64,000 nucleotides of DNA from Octopus sinensis (Eukaryota): assembly GCF_006345805.1 (NCBI RefSeq), contig NC_043011.1, forward strand, positions 12,846,464 to 12,910,463, written 5' to 3'. This document shows positions 38,728 through 50,898 of this stretch, piece after piece. Position 1 is the first letter of the stretch. Every line of letters begins with the position of its first letter. The position numbers and the translations under genes are program-made. The notes under the pieces were generated by a model. It ran no database searches, was not told the origin of the DNA, and was given only the letters and a program-made list of their open reading frames with translations.

Positions 38728-41018
38728 TAGTTGCCAACTTAAAATCACAATTTTATGCTAAATTTCAGTAGAAAAATAACGCTAAAAAATGCTAAATATG
38801 ACACAAAAAAAATGCTGAAGACTAACTATATCAAAAAGCTTAATTTTTATCTTTCTTTAATTATATTCAGCATTGAGAAATGATTTCTTGAATTTCACTG
38901 ATTTGATCATTTTCAGCTGTGGTGCCTAGGTCTTGACTCCTGTTCCAATCAATTCAAGGTTCCAATCTTGTTAATTATGTGTTGTGGAATATCGAAGTTT
39001 TTACATTTGCAAAATCTTTTCAGGCCATATTTTATAGACAGTATTGATCTAAGCATGGGAAGATGCATTTTGTTTTTCAATTTTGATTTGATTACACCCA
39101 CACTACTGAACAACCGTTCAATTTCTGCATTTGATTTTGGCAATGTCAATAAATTAATGGCAAAATTTGCAACATCTCCAAAAGGATTTCCTCCAGTGGC
39201 ACCTTTATATTCCAAGACTTCTAGCCAGAATGCTTCAGTACTAGATGCATTTGTCCATATAAATAAATGAATGCTTTTAAACTGAATTTCAATTGAAGCA
39301 ATTTTTTCTTCATTTAAATGCATTGCTTCTAAGACAGGTAAAATTAGCTCTTTGAAATGCTGCAAAATATTCTCTACTGAAAAACATTTGATGTTCCTCA
39401 GTATATTAATATTTTCTGGCAAACGGTACTTGAGCTCTTTATGAAGGCAGAGTAAAAATTGTTGTGCTCTTTCATGAATATTATTTTCTTCGGTGGCTGT
39501 TGCAGTCTTCTTGATAATCATTTCTGCTATCTTTCTCTCGAACCTATAGCCTAAATTTGGTTTAGGATCCAGAAATTTTTCAATAGAAGCATCAGGATCA
39601 ATTCTACATGTTGGCAATTCTACATGTTGGCAACACTATCATATTAGCAACAGATTTGATCAAATTTGAAATTTGCTTTGTCGAAAGTGTTTGATTCAAA
39701 CAGTTTATTCACTTCCTGAACATGTTTTAAAATTGGATGCACAAATAAAAGGTAAAGTTCATTCCTAGAATCACAAAACATTTCACGTAACGTTTGTGCT
39801 GTAAAGCATTTTTCTTTTGTAATTATAGTTTGGAAGAGAGTTTGTAATTCAAACCATTGGCTTAAAATTCTATTTACAGCTGGTTCTATTGACGGCCACC
39901 TAGTTGTACAAGACTTCAAAATCTTCAAAGGCTCTTTATCATTGATAGTAAAGTTGTTTGTAGGCACGTTGTCTTGTTGAAGAACGAGAGAACCATTTAT
40001 AGGTTTCGGATAGTAAAAATACTAAATTTATGGGCGGGCATTCAACACAAGTGTGGGATACTGCCAACTCTAAAGAATGGCATAGACATCTAAATAAAAG
40101 TAATGATGGAATTTCTTTTAATTTCTGGAAAACACCATTGTTGAGTTATATCATTACCCTAGCATTGTCGGTTCCCATAGCCAGTAAATTTTTTATATCT
40201 AATTTCTTTTTCGCTAATTCAATTTTTAAGGCATCTACAGTGCCATCTGCATTGCATGTTTCTAAAGATAGCATACTGAGATATGTATGTACCACGTTTT
40301 CGTGGGTGTCACTGTAATATATGATAACAATTCCTAACAACTTGTTTATCGATATATCATTGAATTCATCTAATAACAGGCTAAATTTTCTATCTCCTAT
40401 ATCAGAAATCGAATCTCCATCAAAATATGGAGGTAGAAACATTCCTCACAATATTTGCACATTTTGTACGATACAACTTCACTTTGGACATTATATCACT
40501 AACATATAATTCTTACATAACTCTATTAAGTGATCACAGCTATTAAATGATGAGTAGCAACAAATAAACATTGCTAAATTTGCTTCAAGCATAGATGATT
40601 TATCATTTTTGGTTTTAATAAGATTGGTTAGAGGAATCATTTGCTGTGGAGTTGATGCCTTATGTTTCTTTGCTTCACAGTGGCTTACTAAAAGAGAATA
40701 TTTTGCCAACATACTACATCTACAATATCTGCAATGTGCTTTAGATTGGTCACTAGGTACTTCAAGCAACCACTTAGTAAGCGCTGGCATCTTAAGCCAT
40801 TCCTTTCGGAAGTTTTGCTGGTACAACTTTGTTTTTTCTTTGCTCATTATAATGTAGTGGAAGCAAGAAAATAAATTGAATGATTAATAAAGATATAAAA
40901 TTGAAAACACAACTTAGCTTGCCGCTAACAATTCTTTCCATTCGCCGCTAACAATTCTTATGTTTGCTGCTTACAAATTCTTGAGGTGAAAAATATTGAT
41001 TCAGGGTGCATGGCAACC
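38728..41018 (-). mobile_element. Decayed hAT-type transposon
   Basis: Transposase relic flanked by short gttgcca / tggcaac inverted cores and subterminal gccgctaacaattctt repeats (40918-40983). Ends are uncertain. Confidence 0.55.
38949..40847 (-). pseudogene. hAT transposase pseudogene (BED-like finger, DDE core, dimerisation domain)
   Basis: KAHCRYC..H..KKH, FSLLLDE, GTDNA, CLCHSLELAVS, TRW, FWLEV...LLTLPKSNAEIERLFS; several frameshifts and stops. Confidence 0.88.
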
Positions 41019-41260
41019 AACTTATAAATGGAAAAGTAAAATCTCCAGAAATCCTAAAACTGTGCTCTGATATAAACCTGGAAACATCATATTTCGCTTC
41101 CAATCTTACATTTAATATCTATTGGTTTTAAAACCACAAATATAACTACAATACTTGAAAGAAAAAGTAAGTAGAAATATAAAGGGGGAGAATCCAGCAA
41201 TTTTTCCTCGTAAAATATATTTATTTATTTATATTGAGGGCATTACTATACATAAATGCC

Positions 41261-41327
41261 ACACGCTAGGAGGGACTCTTAAAGTCAAAACTACCAGTTT
41301 TGACTTTAAGAGTCCCTCCTAGCGTGT
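41261..41327. repeat. Perfect palindrome: 32-bp arms, 3-nt loop
   Basis: acacgctaggagggactcttaaagtcaaaact-acc-agttttgactttaagagtccctcctagcgtgt. Confidence 0.97.
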
Positions 41328-41356
41328 AGAATTTAGATAAATAAATAAATAAATAA

Positions 41357-41391
<35 letters not shown>

Positions 41392-41409
41392 ATAATATAT
41401 ATATATATA

Positions 41410-41670
41410 TTATCATAACAAAATGATAAATAAAGCATATGCATATATACATACATATATGTACGTACCTACATCTATATGTATATATACATGCATATAT
41501 GGGTACAGGACACCAAAAAACGTTGAGCACAATGAGAAACGAAAACATAAAAACAAAACCATGGAAACGGACAATTTTTTTAAACAACGAAAAAACAGAG
41601 TACGAGACACAACACAAGGGAAATTCCCCTTCTTCAGCTGCCCCTGCTTCGTCTACTCCGTGTTTATGCA
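41410..41670. repeat. Dispersed repeat, second copy at ~55000-55270
   Basis: Shared gtacaggacacc...gagaaacgaaaacataaaa...ggaaacggac...ttttaacaacgaaaaaacagagtac block. Family not identified. Confidence 0.7.
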
Positions 41671-42116
41671 TATGTTTTATTTATTGTTTTGTTATTATAT
41701 GATGGAACGCCAGGTATCCACTTCCAAGTAAGCATATATTAGGGGGCCACTAGAATCCGACGAGCCGTCTTTAAGTTTAAGCGGTTTATAGATCCGAAAC
41801 CATTGGTCACTGTATGACCGGCCATATAATGAACTTCGTAGACACAGTTTCTGTCTATCAAATTCATTCACAAAGCATTAGTAGTCTGGGATATAAGAGA
41901 AGACATTTACCCAAGGTGTAGCGCGGTGGAGATGAATCTGAAGCGACATGGTCGCAAAACGAGCTTCTTTGCCACATAGTCATGCCTGTATATATAATAC
42001 GTACACACACACAAACACATACTCGCACACACGCACCCACTCACTCACTCACTTAACTCACACACATACACACACACGCACACACACACTCACGCATATA
42101 TACACAATATATACAA

Positions 42117-42600
42117 CTGATAGATAAAACTAGTCCAGTCCAGTGATCCTAGATTCGCTCATGGAGTGGTTATCTCCCCTGTCAATGTATATGTATTGTG
42201 CGCTTCCTATAGCATTAATGTTTCTATCTCTTATTTCTTGTAATATAAGTGCTTCAGTACCCTCAGTCACAATTAGTGACGATAAAAATTTTTCCTTTTA
42301 TGGTCTCATATTGTGCCTAGCTGTTTATATTGATTTGCAATATTCACGTTAGTATTTCGCTAAATCAGCCATAAATTTATATCGTAACAGACCGATTTAG
42401 TCAAACCATCGATCAATGACTGATAGACGAAACTAGTCTAGTCCAATGATCCTAGATTCGCTTATGGGGTGTTTGCCCACCCTGTCAGTGTATATATATA
42501 TTGTGCGTTCCATACGGTATTAAGAGCCTATAACTTAGTTCTTGCAATATAGGTGCTTCAGGACCCTCAACAACAATTAGTGACGACAAATATATATATA
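42117..42600 (+). repeat. Diverged tandem duplication with a 303-bp period, each unit opening with a hammerhead-like remnant
   Basis: CTGATAGA..(G/A)AAACTAGTC at 42117 and 42420, followed by ~180 bp of homology. Confidence 0.65.
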
Positions 42601-44354
42601 TAAAAGGCCTACAATATGTGAATTCTTCGAGGACGGGAATACCAAAGAGTTTGGCATTCCCGTCCTCGGAGAATCAAACGACCGCTTATGTCAAAAAAGA
42701 AATCGTAGCCCTCTTCCATTGAATTATTTTACTAAAGTTAGCAAAGATGTATTCCATAAGATATGTTTTTTGTTTTTTGGGGTTTTTGTTTTAGTTTTTA
42801 CCGAAACCTGTTTAGTCTTCCCTCTGAAACGAATGAATTATTTTTACCTGTGAAGAGATATAAACGCTGATACCGATCAACGAGTTTGTCAGATATATGC
42901 GGAATCGTATGGTGTACCTTTTTAACCTGTATATCTAATCAGGCATTTAAAACCGAAAGCTATGTATAGAAACCATATTCCAGAATACCATAAGCTTGAT
43001 ACAGTAATTATTTTTAAATTAATTTTTGTTTCATCTCAAAATAGAGAGATAGACCGGCACATCCGAAATTACGATATAAAATTATTGCAAGAACAAAAAA
43101 AGCAACAAAATAGCCACAGTTCTCCTGTAAAGTGCCTGGATTGTTTTAGTTGCAATAAATAAATGAAAATCCTAATAACAGATGCATTTAATTTTCATGT
43201 CAGTCTTTGTGTCCGGATGCTTGAATAGTGAAACAACATTATATCATTAACAGTCAACATCCCACCTTGTATGTGTTGGGTTTTTTTTTTACCTAATCAA
43301 AGCTCAGATTTCACTGAACACAATAAAAATATTTTATTATTTTTATACACTTTTATATTAATAGAGAGGAAATTCAATATGGTGTAAATATTTTGTACAC
43401 TTTCATAAATACTCGAACCTAATCTAACCTATTATTATGGTAGATTAGGATATGCAAGTAGAAAATAAAAACCCGGTCACAGATGTAGGAAATGTTCAAT
43501 AGCAACGTTGAATTAAAGCTGCATTCTGATTCTGAAAGGAAGAATGTTATGTCAAAAGTTGACCTTGACGTTGTATGCGTCTTCAAAAGAATTTCATTGT
43601 CACGTTGTTAGTGGCAATATCCCAAGCGATAAAAACAATTAACCTTTCCCAATAAGTACCTTGAAATTTTAGGACTCTAACTGCAAAGTACACATGACAG
43701 ACCAGCTTATTTGGAAATGTTAAAAAACAAAGAGAGCAAAGAAAACTCTATATTATTTGACAGTGCTTTAGTTTCCAAGCCTGTAATATCACTTGAAGGT
43801 TGGAAAGCCAGTTTATGTCATAGTTTCATAAAATTAATGGAGAGTTAGTTGCATTCATTTGGGAAAGTTGACGCTTCTAATAAGCAACATTCCGAACTGA
43901 AGCAGTGAAATGGTGCAAAATTTTGAAGCCAATAACTGATGTTGTCTTTTCACGAAGAAAGTGTTTTTAGTGTTTAGTGAATCATCACATCACATCAGGA
44001 CTTCACACAAGAGAAATTTCCAACATCTGATAAATTGCTGCGATAATGGAATCCTATTCTTCGATGGAATATGTAACGGGTAGAAGACGAACAGAGAAGA
44101 ATGAACGCTATCTTCCGTATCACAGAATGTGTTTATCTCAGAATGCTCTAACTTTATGAAGTCACAAGAAATTCCTTACAAGAAAGGAGCTCAAAATATT
44201 TCGCAGCTATTATAGGATGCAACAAGATCCCTCCCACGGTGAACATATTTCAATATTTCTGTCGAAGTGTGTTAATTTAAATGAGAATAGCAGGGAAATA
44301 CAAGTTTGCAGTTAACAACAATAAATAAGGGTGGCGGGGGGAGATATTGCGCAC

Positions 44355-44430
44355 TAAGTCATAGACTAAGTCATAGATATTGCTCACTAAGTCATAGACT
44401 AAGTCATAGATATTGCTCACTAAGTCTAAA
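44355..44430. repeat. 33-bp tandem repeat containing a 12-bp internal duplication
   Basis: cactaagtcatagactaagtcatagatattgct occurs about 2.3 times. Confidence 0.85.
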
Positions 44431-44624
44431 AGACTGTAAAGCGCAAACATATGTCAACAGGGCTAACATGGAAGAAAAGTAGAATGAGGTCGAAACGAAA
44501 GCATCTGATCGTTGTTCATGAATAGTTTTTTTTCCTCCATGTGACTTCCTGATTTAGCAACACAAAAATAAAATAATTTCAACTTCAACACTTTATAGAC
44601 ATTGGGTATTTACTGTAATATCCT

Positions 44625-45010
44625 GTGGAGGCGCAATGGCCCAGTGGTTAGGGCAGCGGACTCGCGGTCATAGGATTGCGGCCCCGATTCCCAAACCGGG
44701 CGTTGTGAGTGTTTATTGAGCGAAAACACCTAAAGCTCCACGAGGCTCCGGCAGGGGATGGTGGTGATCCCTGCTGTACTCTTTCACCACAACTTTCTCT
44801 CACTCTTTCTTCTTGTTTCTGTTGTACCTGTATTTCAAAGGGCCGGCCTTGTCACTCTCTGTGTCACGCTGAATATCCCCGAGAACTACGTTATGGGTAT
44901 ACGTGTCTGTGGAGTGCTCAGCCACTTACACGTTAATTTCACGAGCAGGCTGTTCCGTTGATTCGGATCAACCGGAACCCTCGTCGTCGTAACCGACGGA
45001 GTGCTTCCAC
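44625..45010 (+). mobile_element. SINE family B, full copy
   Basis: GTGGAGGCGC...GTGCTTCCAC; (ac)tgtaatat repeated on both flanks. Confidence 0.9.
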
Positions 45011-45847
45011 TGTAATATATTGAAGTTTCAAATCAGAGTAATTCCTCTCGATGTTCTTTGCTGACCCACAGCAAAGAATTATTACTCATGATGACACAGC
45101 CTTGCTCTCCATATGCGTCACAAGGGCTAGCACTAACTTTTTAAAATATCTTTTAAAGGCTTACAAAATCTGTATTAATTCTTGAGCGTCTTGAAAAATG
45201 TGGTATTCCTAATTTTATTACACTCAAGTATGATGAGTAAAACAAGCAGTAGTATCTAAAAGAGAAAAAAAATCTTCCTGAAATTGTTAATTTTAAACAA
45301 TCTTTTCCATGCGAAGACCGCCGCCAGTAATATTCGACTTTCCTTGCGAAGTGCATCATAATGTTTTGTTTGATTTCCAGTGTATCACGAAGTCAAGATG
45401 GGGGAATGACTGTAATAATTTCATTTAGCAGAGCAGCACGCGGCATACATAAGTCAATGGTACACGTGAAATACACACGACGAACCAGTGTGTGTGTGTG
45501 TGTTCTCCCGCATACTATTACAGAGATTACAGCACGACTGAGGGTGCGACTGAACTAGACTGCAGCTCCTTGAGAAATCTTGAGGATTCCAGTGCGGAAA
45601 TTGGTATTTAGTTAAAAAGCGTTATATCATAATTCATACTGTTTTGGCTAGATTAATCTTCCTTCATGCTGCTTTTTAATGATGTTAAGGTTAAATCAAT
45701 ATGAATTCCAATGTTATTATCAGTCTGAATGTGCTTGATGCACGTTCGGATTGGGGAACAAGCTTTTTGCCACGAAGAATATATTTCGCTTGTCTGACAA
45801 ATGGTATGTATACATCTAGATCAGCTCGCAGCGCCATATACCCAGAT

Positions 45848-45893
45848 TGTGAGATGCTAGCATTTCGGAGTAATTATCTCCTCATCAGTCACA
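45848..45893 (-). ncRNA. Minimal type I hammerhead ribozyme with an intact core
   Basis: UGUGA-CUGAUGA-GGAG(AUAAUUA)CUCC-GAAA-UGCUAGCA-UC|UCACA; palindromic stem III AUGCUAGCAU; AUC cleavage between 45853 and 45852. Confidence 0.85.
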
Positions 45894-46467
45894 GACACTA
45901 GACAGACGAAACTACGAGCTGAATTAAGAGTGTCGTCTGCCTAGTGTCTGTGACAATTTCACTTACCACTGCTTAGAGCTCCCCCTAAGTAAATTAATAT
46001 AAATTAATATAAAGCTATAATATTATATAATAAATTGTGTTGGATACAAAAATAACTTTTTCCTGATATGTATGTTTATAAAAGGGGTAATAGAGATGTT
46101 AAAATGGAAAAGAGGGGAATTTAAAAAAAGTTAAGAACAACGCTGCCCACACTTTTGACATTTATATTTTTGTACCACAAAAGAAGCAAAGCTATACATA
46201 CGTACGTACGGACATACATATATGTGCATGGAAGTACATGTGTATATGTATGCATGTATGCATGTATGCATGCATGTATGTATGTATGTATGTATGTATG
46301 TATGAATGTATGTATGTATACGTGTATGAATGTATGTCATTATTCAGTGTATTTCAAGATTTCTTGCCAACATAGAAAGAACCGGTTTCTAACCTAGATC
46401 CAAGGCACATATATGTATGTGTACATGTATGTATATATGTGCGTACGTGCATACATACATACATACA

Positions 46468-46501
<34 letters not shown>

Positions 46502-46639
46502 CATACATGCATACATACAAGCTCTTGAGGAAAGGTTAATTACTCTAAAACACAAAGTCAAGGCGCTAAGCGAAAATTTTCAGCACCGCAGACGAATTTT
46601 TAAACGATCCTGTATAAATTACAAGTTTACTTCTAAGCC

Positions 46640-47870
46640 ACAGGGAGATGAGGAAGGGAAATGTTACTGTTAAGAAAGCCTCTTCTCGAGAACCTCGTGA
46701 ATCATTCCGGTTGAAAAACTGGAACGAAAACAGGGATTTCATCCTTAATGCATCGTGGCTAAATGCAGTAAGGAGAGAATTACCAACACCAATAGATACA
46801 ATTGAGCCGGAAACTTTCACACTAGCAGTACGCAAACTGCATAACTGGAAGGCATGTGGAAGGGACCTAATAGTTGGGTACTGATACAAGAGGTCGACAT
46901 TTTACAGGAAACCATTCATATGTATATTCAAAATCACTACGGAAAGTTAGCTTGACATACCAGATTGACTTGCTATAGAATCTTGTAGCCAAGGCTGAAA
47001 CTACCGAATTGGCAGAAAATTATAGGCCCATTGCTTGCCTAATAATTATGAACAAGCTGTACAAAGCTGCCTTAATCAATTCCTCCAGGATCGTTGTGAG
47101 TCCAACAACATAGTGACCGATGAGCATGCGAGTGGAAAGAAAAGAGTGTGGGTATGCGCCAATCAACTTTTGATAAACAAAACTGTATTGTCTGGCATAA
47201 AAAAAAACCATAGAAGCTTTGCAACAGTATGGTTTGATTATAGAAAGGCATTGAACTCTCTTACTCCATGGCTGCTGAAAAAATGTCTGCTATCTTAATT
47301 GCTGTCATAGCGAGGCTCACAAAGACCAAGGCAACCTAGAAATGAGGCAACTTAGAACTGAGAGCTGAACGATCGTCTCCAGTGTGGTTTATATTTCTGA
47401 TGGGATATTTCAAGGAGATTTTCAAGGAGATAGGATATTTTAAGGAGACTTTTTTTTAAATTCTGTTAATTTTGGCATTGAATCCATTAATTATTCCTGT
47501 TACAAAAATCAAATGGTTATATGTTAGGCTATGCAACTGCTAAGGATATTAAGCGTAACCCATAATTTCTTTGTGAATGAACTCGAGATAATCGTTAACA
47601 ATGCCAAAAAACAGCTTGAATTAATAACATTTTCAGCTGACATCGAAATGGAATTTGGCCAAAAGAAATTATCATAATCAACTGTTGAATGTGGAAAATC
47701 AGCTCTGCCCGCCCACTCAGACCTGTGCAGCAAAGGTCTCACTACCTTTCTTGTCCCACAAAAAGAATGTTACAAGTATCTTGACACTGATGAAGAAATA
47801 GCATTCGAAAGTATTGTGAATAAAGATAGAATGACCCAAGAATATTATGCCAGGCTTAGAAAAATATGAC
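46640..47870 (+). pseudogene. Decayed non-LTR reverse transcriptase (RLE-type, NeSL/R4-like)
   Basis: HNWKACGRD, YRPIACL, QLLINK, VWFDYRKA, GIFQGD, ALNPL, DIEMEFG, YKYL; many stops and frameshifts. Confidence 0.75.
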
Positions 47871-48229
47871 AGTCGGAACTCTCTTCTTACAACAAAACAA
47901 TATCCCACAATGTATGGATGTATGTATGTATGTATGCATGCATGTATGCAATTATGTATGTATGTATGTTTGTATGTTTGTATGTATGTATGTATGTATG
48001 TATGTATGTATGTATGTATGTATGTATGTGTGTATGTATGTATGTATATATTATGTATGTATGTATTGTATATATGTATGTACACACACACATACAGAAT
48101 GCAAAAAGTATTTGACGACACGTAATTTCGGTATATACCCTTTACAAACCAATCAAAAAGTTTTTATTTCCTTCAGATAAAATTCTAACAAGAAATGAAA
48201 AGACATGCAGTCATTGTGGCCATATGTGC

Positions 48230-48800
48230 GGAACACTGCGATCTTTTGTGCACAATCTTCGGGTGGTATTGGAAGGCTCTGGCATAAATATTTCAACTGT
48301 ATCAAAAAGAAAACACATTCTAAGCATTCGGACACCCCAATTCATCCAGCGGCTTCAAAATATTGTTGATAATCCCGGAAAGTCAATGAAAGCCATCTCC
48401 AAATTATCTCAGGTATCGAAGTGGACTATCAGAACTGTGGTTCACAAGGACATTCGATACAAGTCGTATGTCCTAAAGAGAGACCAATTCATTGCAAAAA
48501 CGTATGGAAACGGTCTGGTCCTTTCCAAGCGATTACTTAATAAGATTAAAAACCATCACGAACATAGACTGCTTTGGTTTTTCTCTGAAGAAAAGCTTCG
48601 ACCAAGGCCAAAAGTCTCATCGGAGAAATGACAGATGGTTTATATGCAGATCTTTTTGATGTCTCCAGAGTGATGCACACTAAGTTTCTAGCAATCGTGA
48701 TGGGTTTTGGGTGTGATGAATCACGAAGGACATGCCATTCATATCTATGGATTTCTCTACACTCAAACGCTCTTGTTGCGACCTTGTTAACCAAATTTCC
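48230..48800 (+). pseudogene. Tc1/mariner (maT-like) transposase relic
   Basis: NPGKSMKAISK..VS..TIR.VVH.DIRYKSY, LLNKIK, FFSEEK, VMHTKF..VM. Confidence 0.75.
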
Positions 48801-48937
48801 TTTACATTCAGTCTGAAAATCATTGCTTAAACCAGACACAGGCATCCACTAAGATGCTGGATTACAAAACTAATTTCGAGAAAACAAAAAGTTGCTGATG
48901 AATTTGGAAAAGGTGTCTGAATATTTGATAAAAATAA

Positions 48938-49058
48938 TAGGCTCAGGCGTGGCTGTGTGGTAAGAAGCTTGCTTCCCATCACATGGTTCCGAGTTAAGTC
49001 CCACTGCGTGGCACCTTGGGCAAGTGTCTTCTGCTATAGCCTCGAGCCGACCAAAGCC
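48938..49058 (+). mobile_element. SINE family C 5' fragment
   Basis: ggcgtggctgtgtggtaagaagcttgcttccc...gccgaccaaagcc. Confidence 0.8.
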
Positions 49059-49304
49059 ATAGAGTCTTAGAATTAATGCTTCTTGATGCACTGAGGTGAA
49101 GGAGATAGTTGTCAATCTCTAGATGGAAGGCAGTAGAAGGCCATAAACGTTTCAACAAGACTCAGCACTTTCTCACAAAGCCCACCTAACCCAAGAATAG
49201 ATTTCAAACAATTTTTGCGATCATACAACACCAACCTTGTGGCCAGTCTAATTAATTCTATTGGAGCTTTGTTGAAAGGGAAACTATTCGACATTCACAA
49301 TACC

Positions 49305-49528
49305 TATTTCTTTATTACCCACAAGGGGCTAAACACAGAGGGGACAAGCAAGTACAGACATAGGTATTAAGTCGATTACATCGACTCCAGTGCGTAACTG
49401 CTACTTAATTTATCGACCCCGAAAGGATGAAAGGCAAAGTCGACCTCGGCGGAATTTGAACTCACAACATAACGGAATACCGCTAAGCATTTCGCCCGGC
49501 GTGCTAACGTTTCTGCCAGCTCGTTGCC
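49305..49528 (-). mobile_element. SINE family D, full copy
   Basis: 12-bp TSD attcacaatacc / attcacaaaacc (49293-49304 / 49532-49543). Confidence 0.85.
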
Positions 49529-49852
49529 TTAATTCACAAAACCATAGCTTCATTGAAAGCTGCCATTATCCAGGTGGTGTCCTAAATGATTAAGAGCTAT
49601 TTAATGAAAAAGCATGTCAACGATTCTGGTCCTGCATTGAAGCAATCATCGAAGCTGAAGGCGGTTCATAGAATAATCTTATAGCAAAGCTTATCAGGCA
49701 GGACCAACCTCACAAGTTTTTATCAAAATACTCTTGATTTTTGCTAGATTAGATGCTTTTATCAAATTACTAGTTATGTCCTCAAATACCTCGCGCACCT
49801 TGTATAAGTATGTATGTTTATTATATTACAAGTTGACAGTTGAGTGTCGTCC

Positions 49853-49854
<2 letters not shown>

Positions 49855-49943
<89 letters not shown>

Positions 49944-50059
49944 GCGTGTGTGTGTTTGCGTATGTGTGTGTGTGTATGTGTGTGTGTATGTGTGTGTATG
50001 TGTGTGTGTGCGCGTGTGTGTGTTTGCGTATGTGTGTGTGTATGTGTGTGTGTGTGTAT

Positions 50060-50090
<31 letters not shown>
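49855..50090. repeat. (GT)n compound microsatellite
   Basis: Direct reading. Confidence 0.95.
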
Positions 50091-50173
50091 CCCTTGCAGA
50101 GAAACTGTAAATATATTCGCACGCATGTATTTCTGTAGCGTGCATTGTATTTATCCCTTTCTCTCTCTCTCTC

Positions 50174-50207
<34 letters not shown>

Positions 50208-50512
50208 CCTTCTGTTTCTTTCTTCAAAATGAACTGAAATATTAGATAAGAATGCTATCTATTTTGTATTCGGTACAACACGAAAAAAATGACAGAGTTC
50301 AGAATATATGAAGTGAAAGAGATACTATAACGTTACAATATAACACTTTATTAAGCATAGGCGTAGAAGACAATGCGGGATTAAATGTAATATTCGCCAT
50401 CTTCCTTCTTAGTTACTGGAGGTATTTATGATAAAGAAGACTTAAACAGCCGCAATGACTTCTAAAATTTTCTATATCAGGGAAGCTTTTGTTGATAGAA
50501 GATTATTGCCAG

Positions 50513-50898
50513 GTGGAGGCGCAATGGCCCAGTGGTTAGGGCAGCGGACTCGCGGTCATAGGATCGCGGTTTCGATTCCCAGACCGGGCGTTGTGAGTGT
50601 TTATTGAGCGAAAACACCTAAAGCTCCACGAAGCTCCGGCAGGGGATGGTGGTGATCCCTGCTGTACTCTTTCACCACAACTTTCTCTCACTCTTACTTC
50701 CTGTTTCTGTTGTACCTGTATTTCAAAGGGCCGGCCTTGTCACTCTCTGTGTCACGCTGAATATCCCCGAGAACTACGTTAAGGGTACACGTGTCTGTGG
50801 AGTGCTCAGCCACTTACACGTTAATTTCACGAGCAGGCTGTTCCGTTGATTCGGATCAACCGGAACCCTCGTCGTCGTAACCGACGGAGTGCTTCCAC
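50513..50898 (+). mobile_element. SINE family B, full copy
   Basis: TSD tattgccag (50504-50512 / 50902-50910). Confidence 0.9.

Noticed and set aside
41625-41645. CUGAAGA plus hairpin on minus
   Set aside because: Not followed by GAAA.
41750-41815. CCGACGA...GAAAC-CAUUG-GUC motif
   Set aside because: Stems I and II do not pair convincingly.
44625-44705. tRNA gene
   Set aside because: It is the tRNA-like head of SINE B; it runs into a 300-bp body and is flanked by a TSD. The same holds for the heads of SINE C and D.
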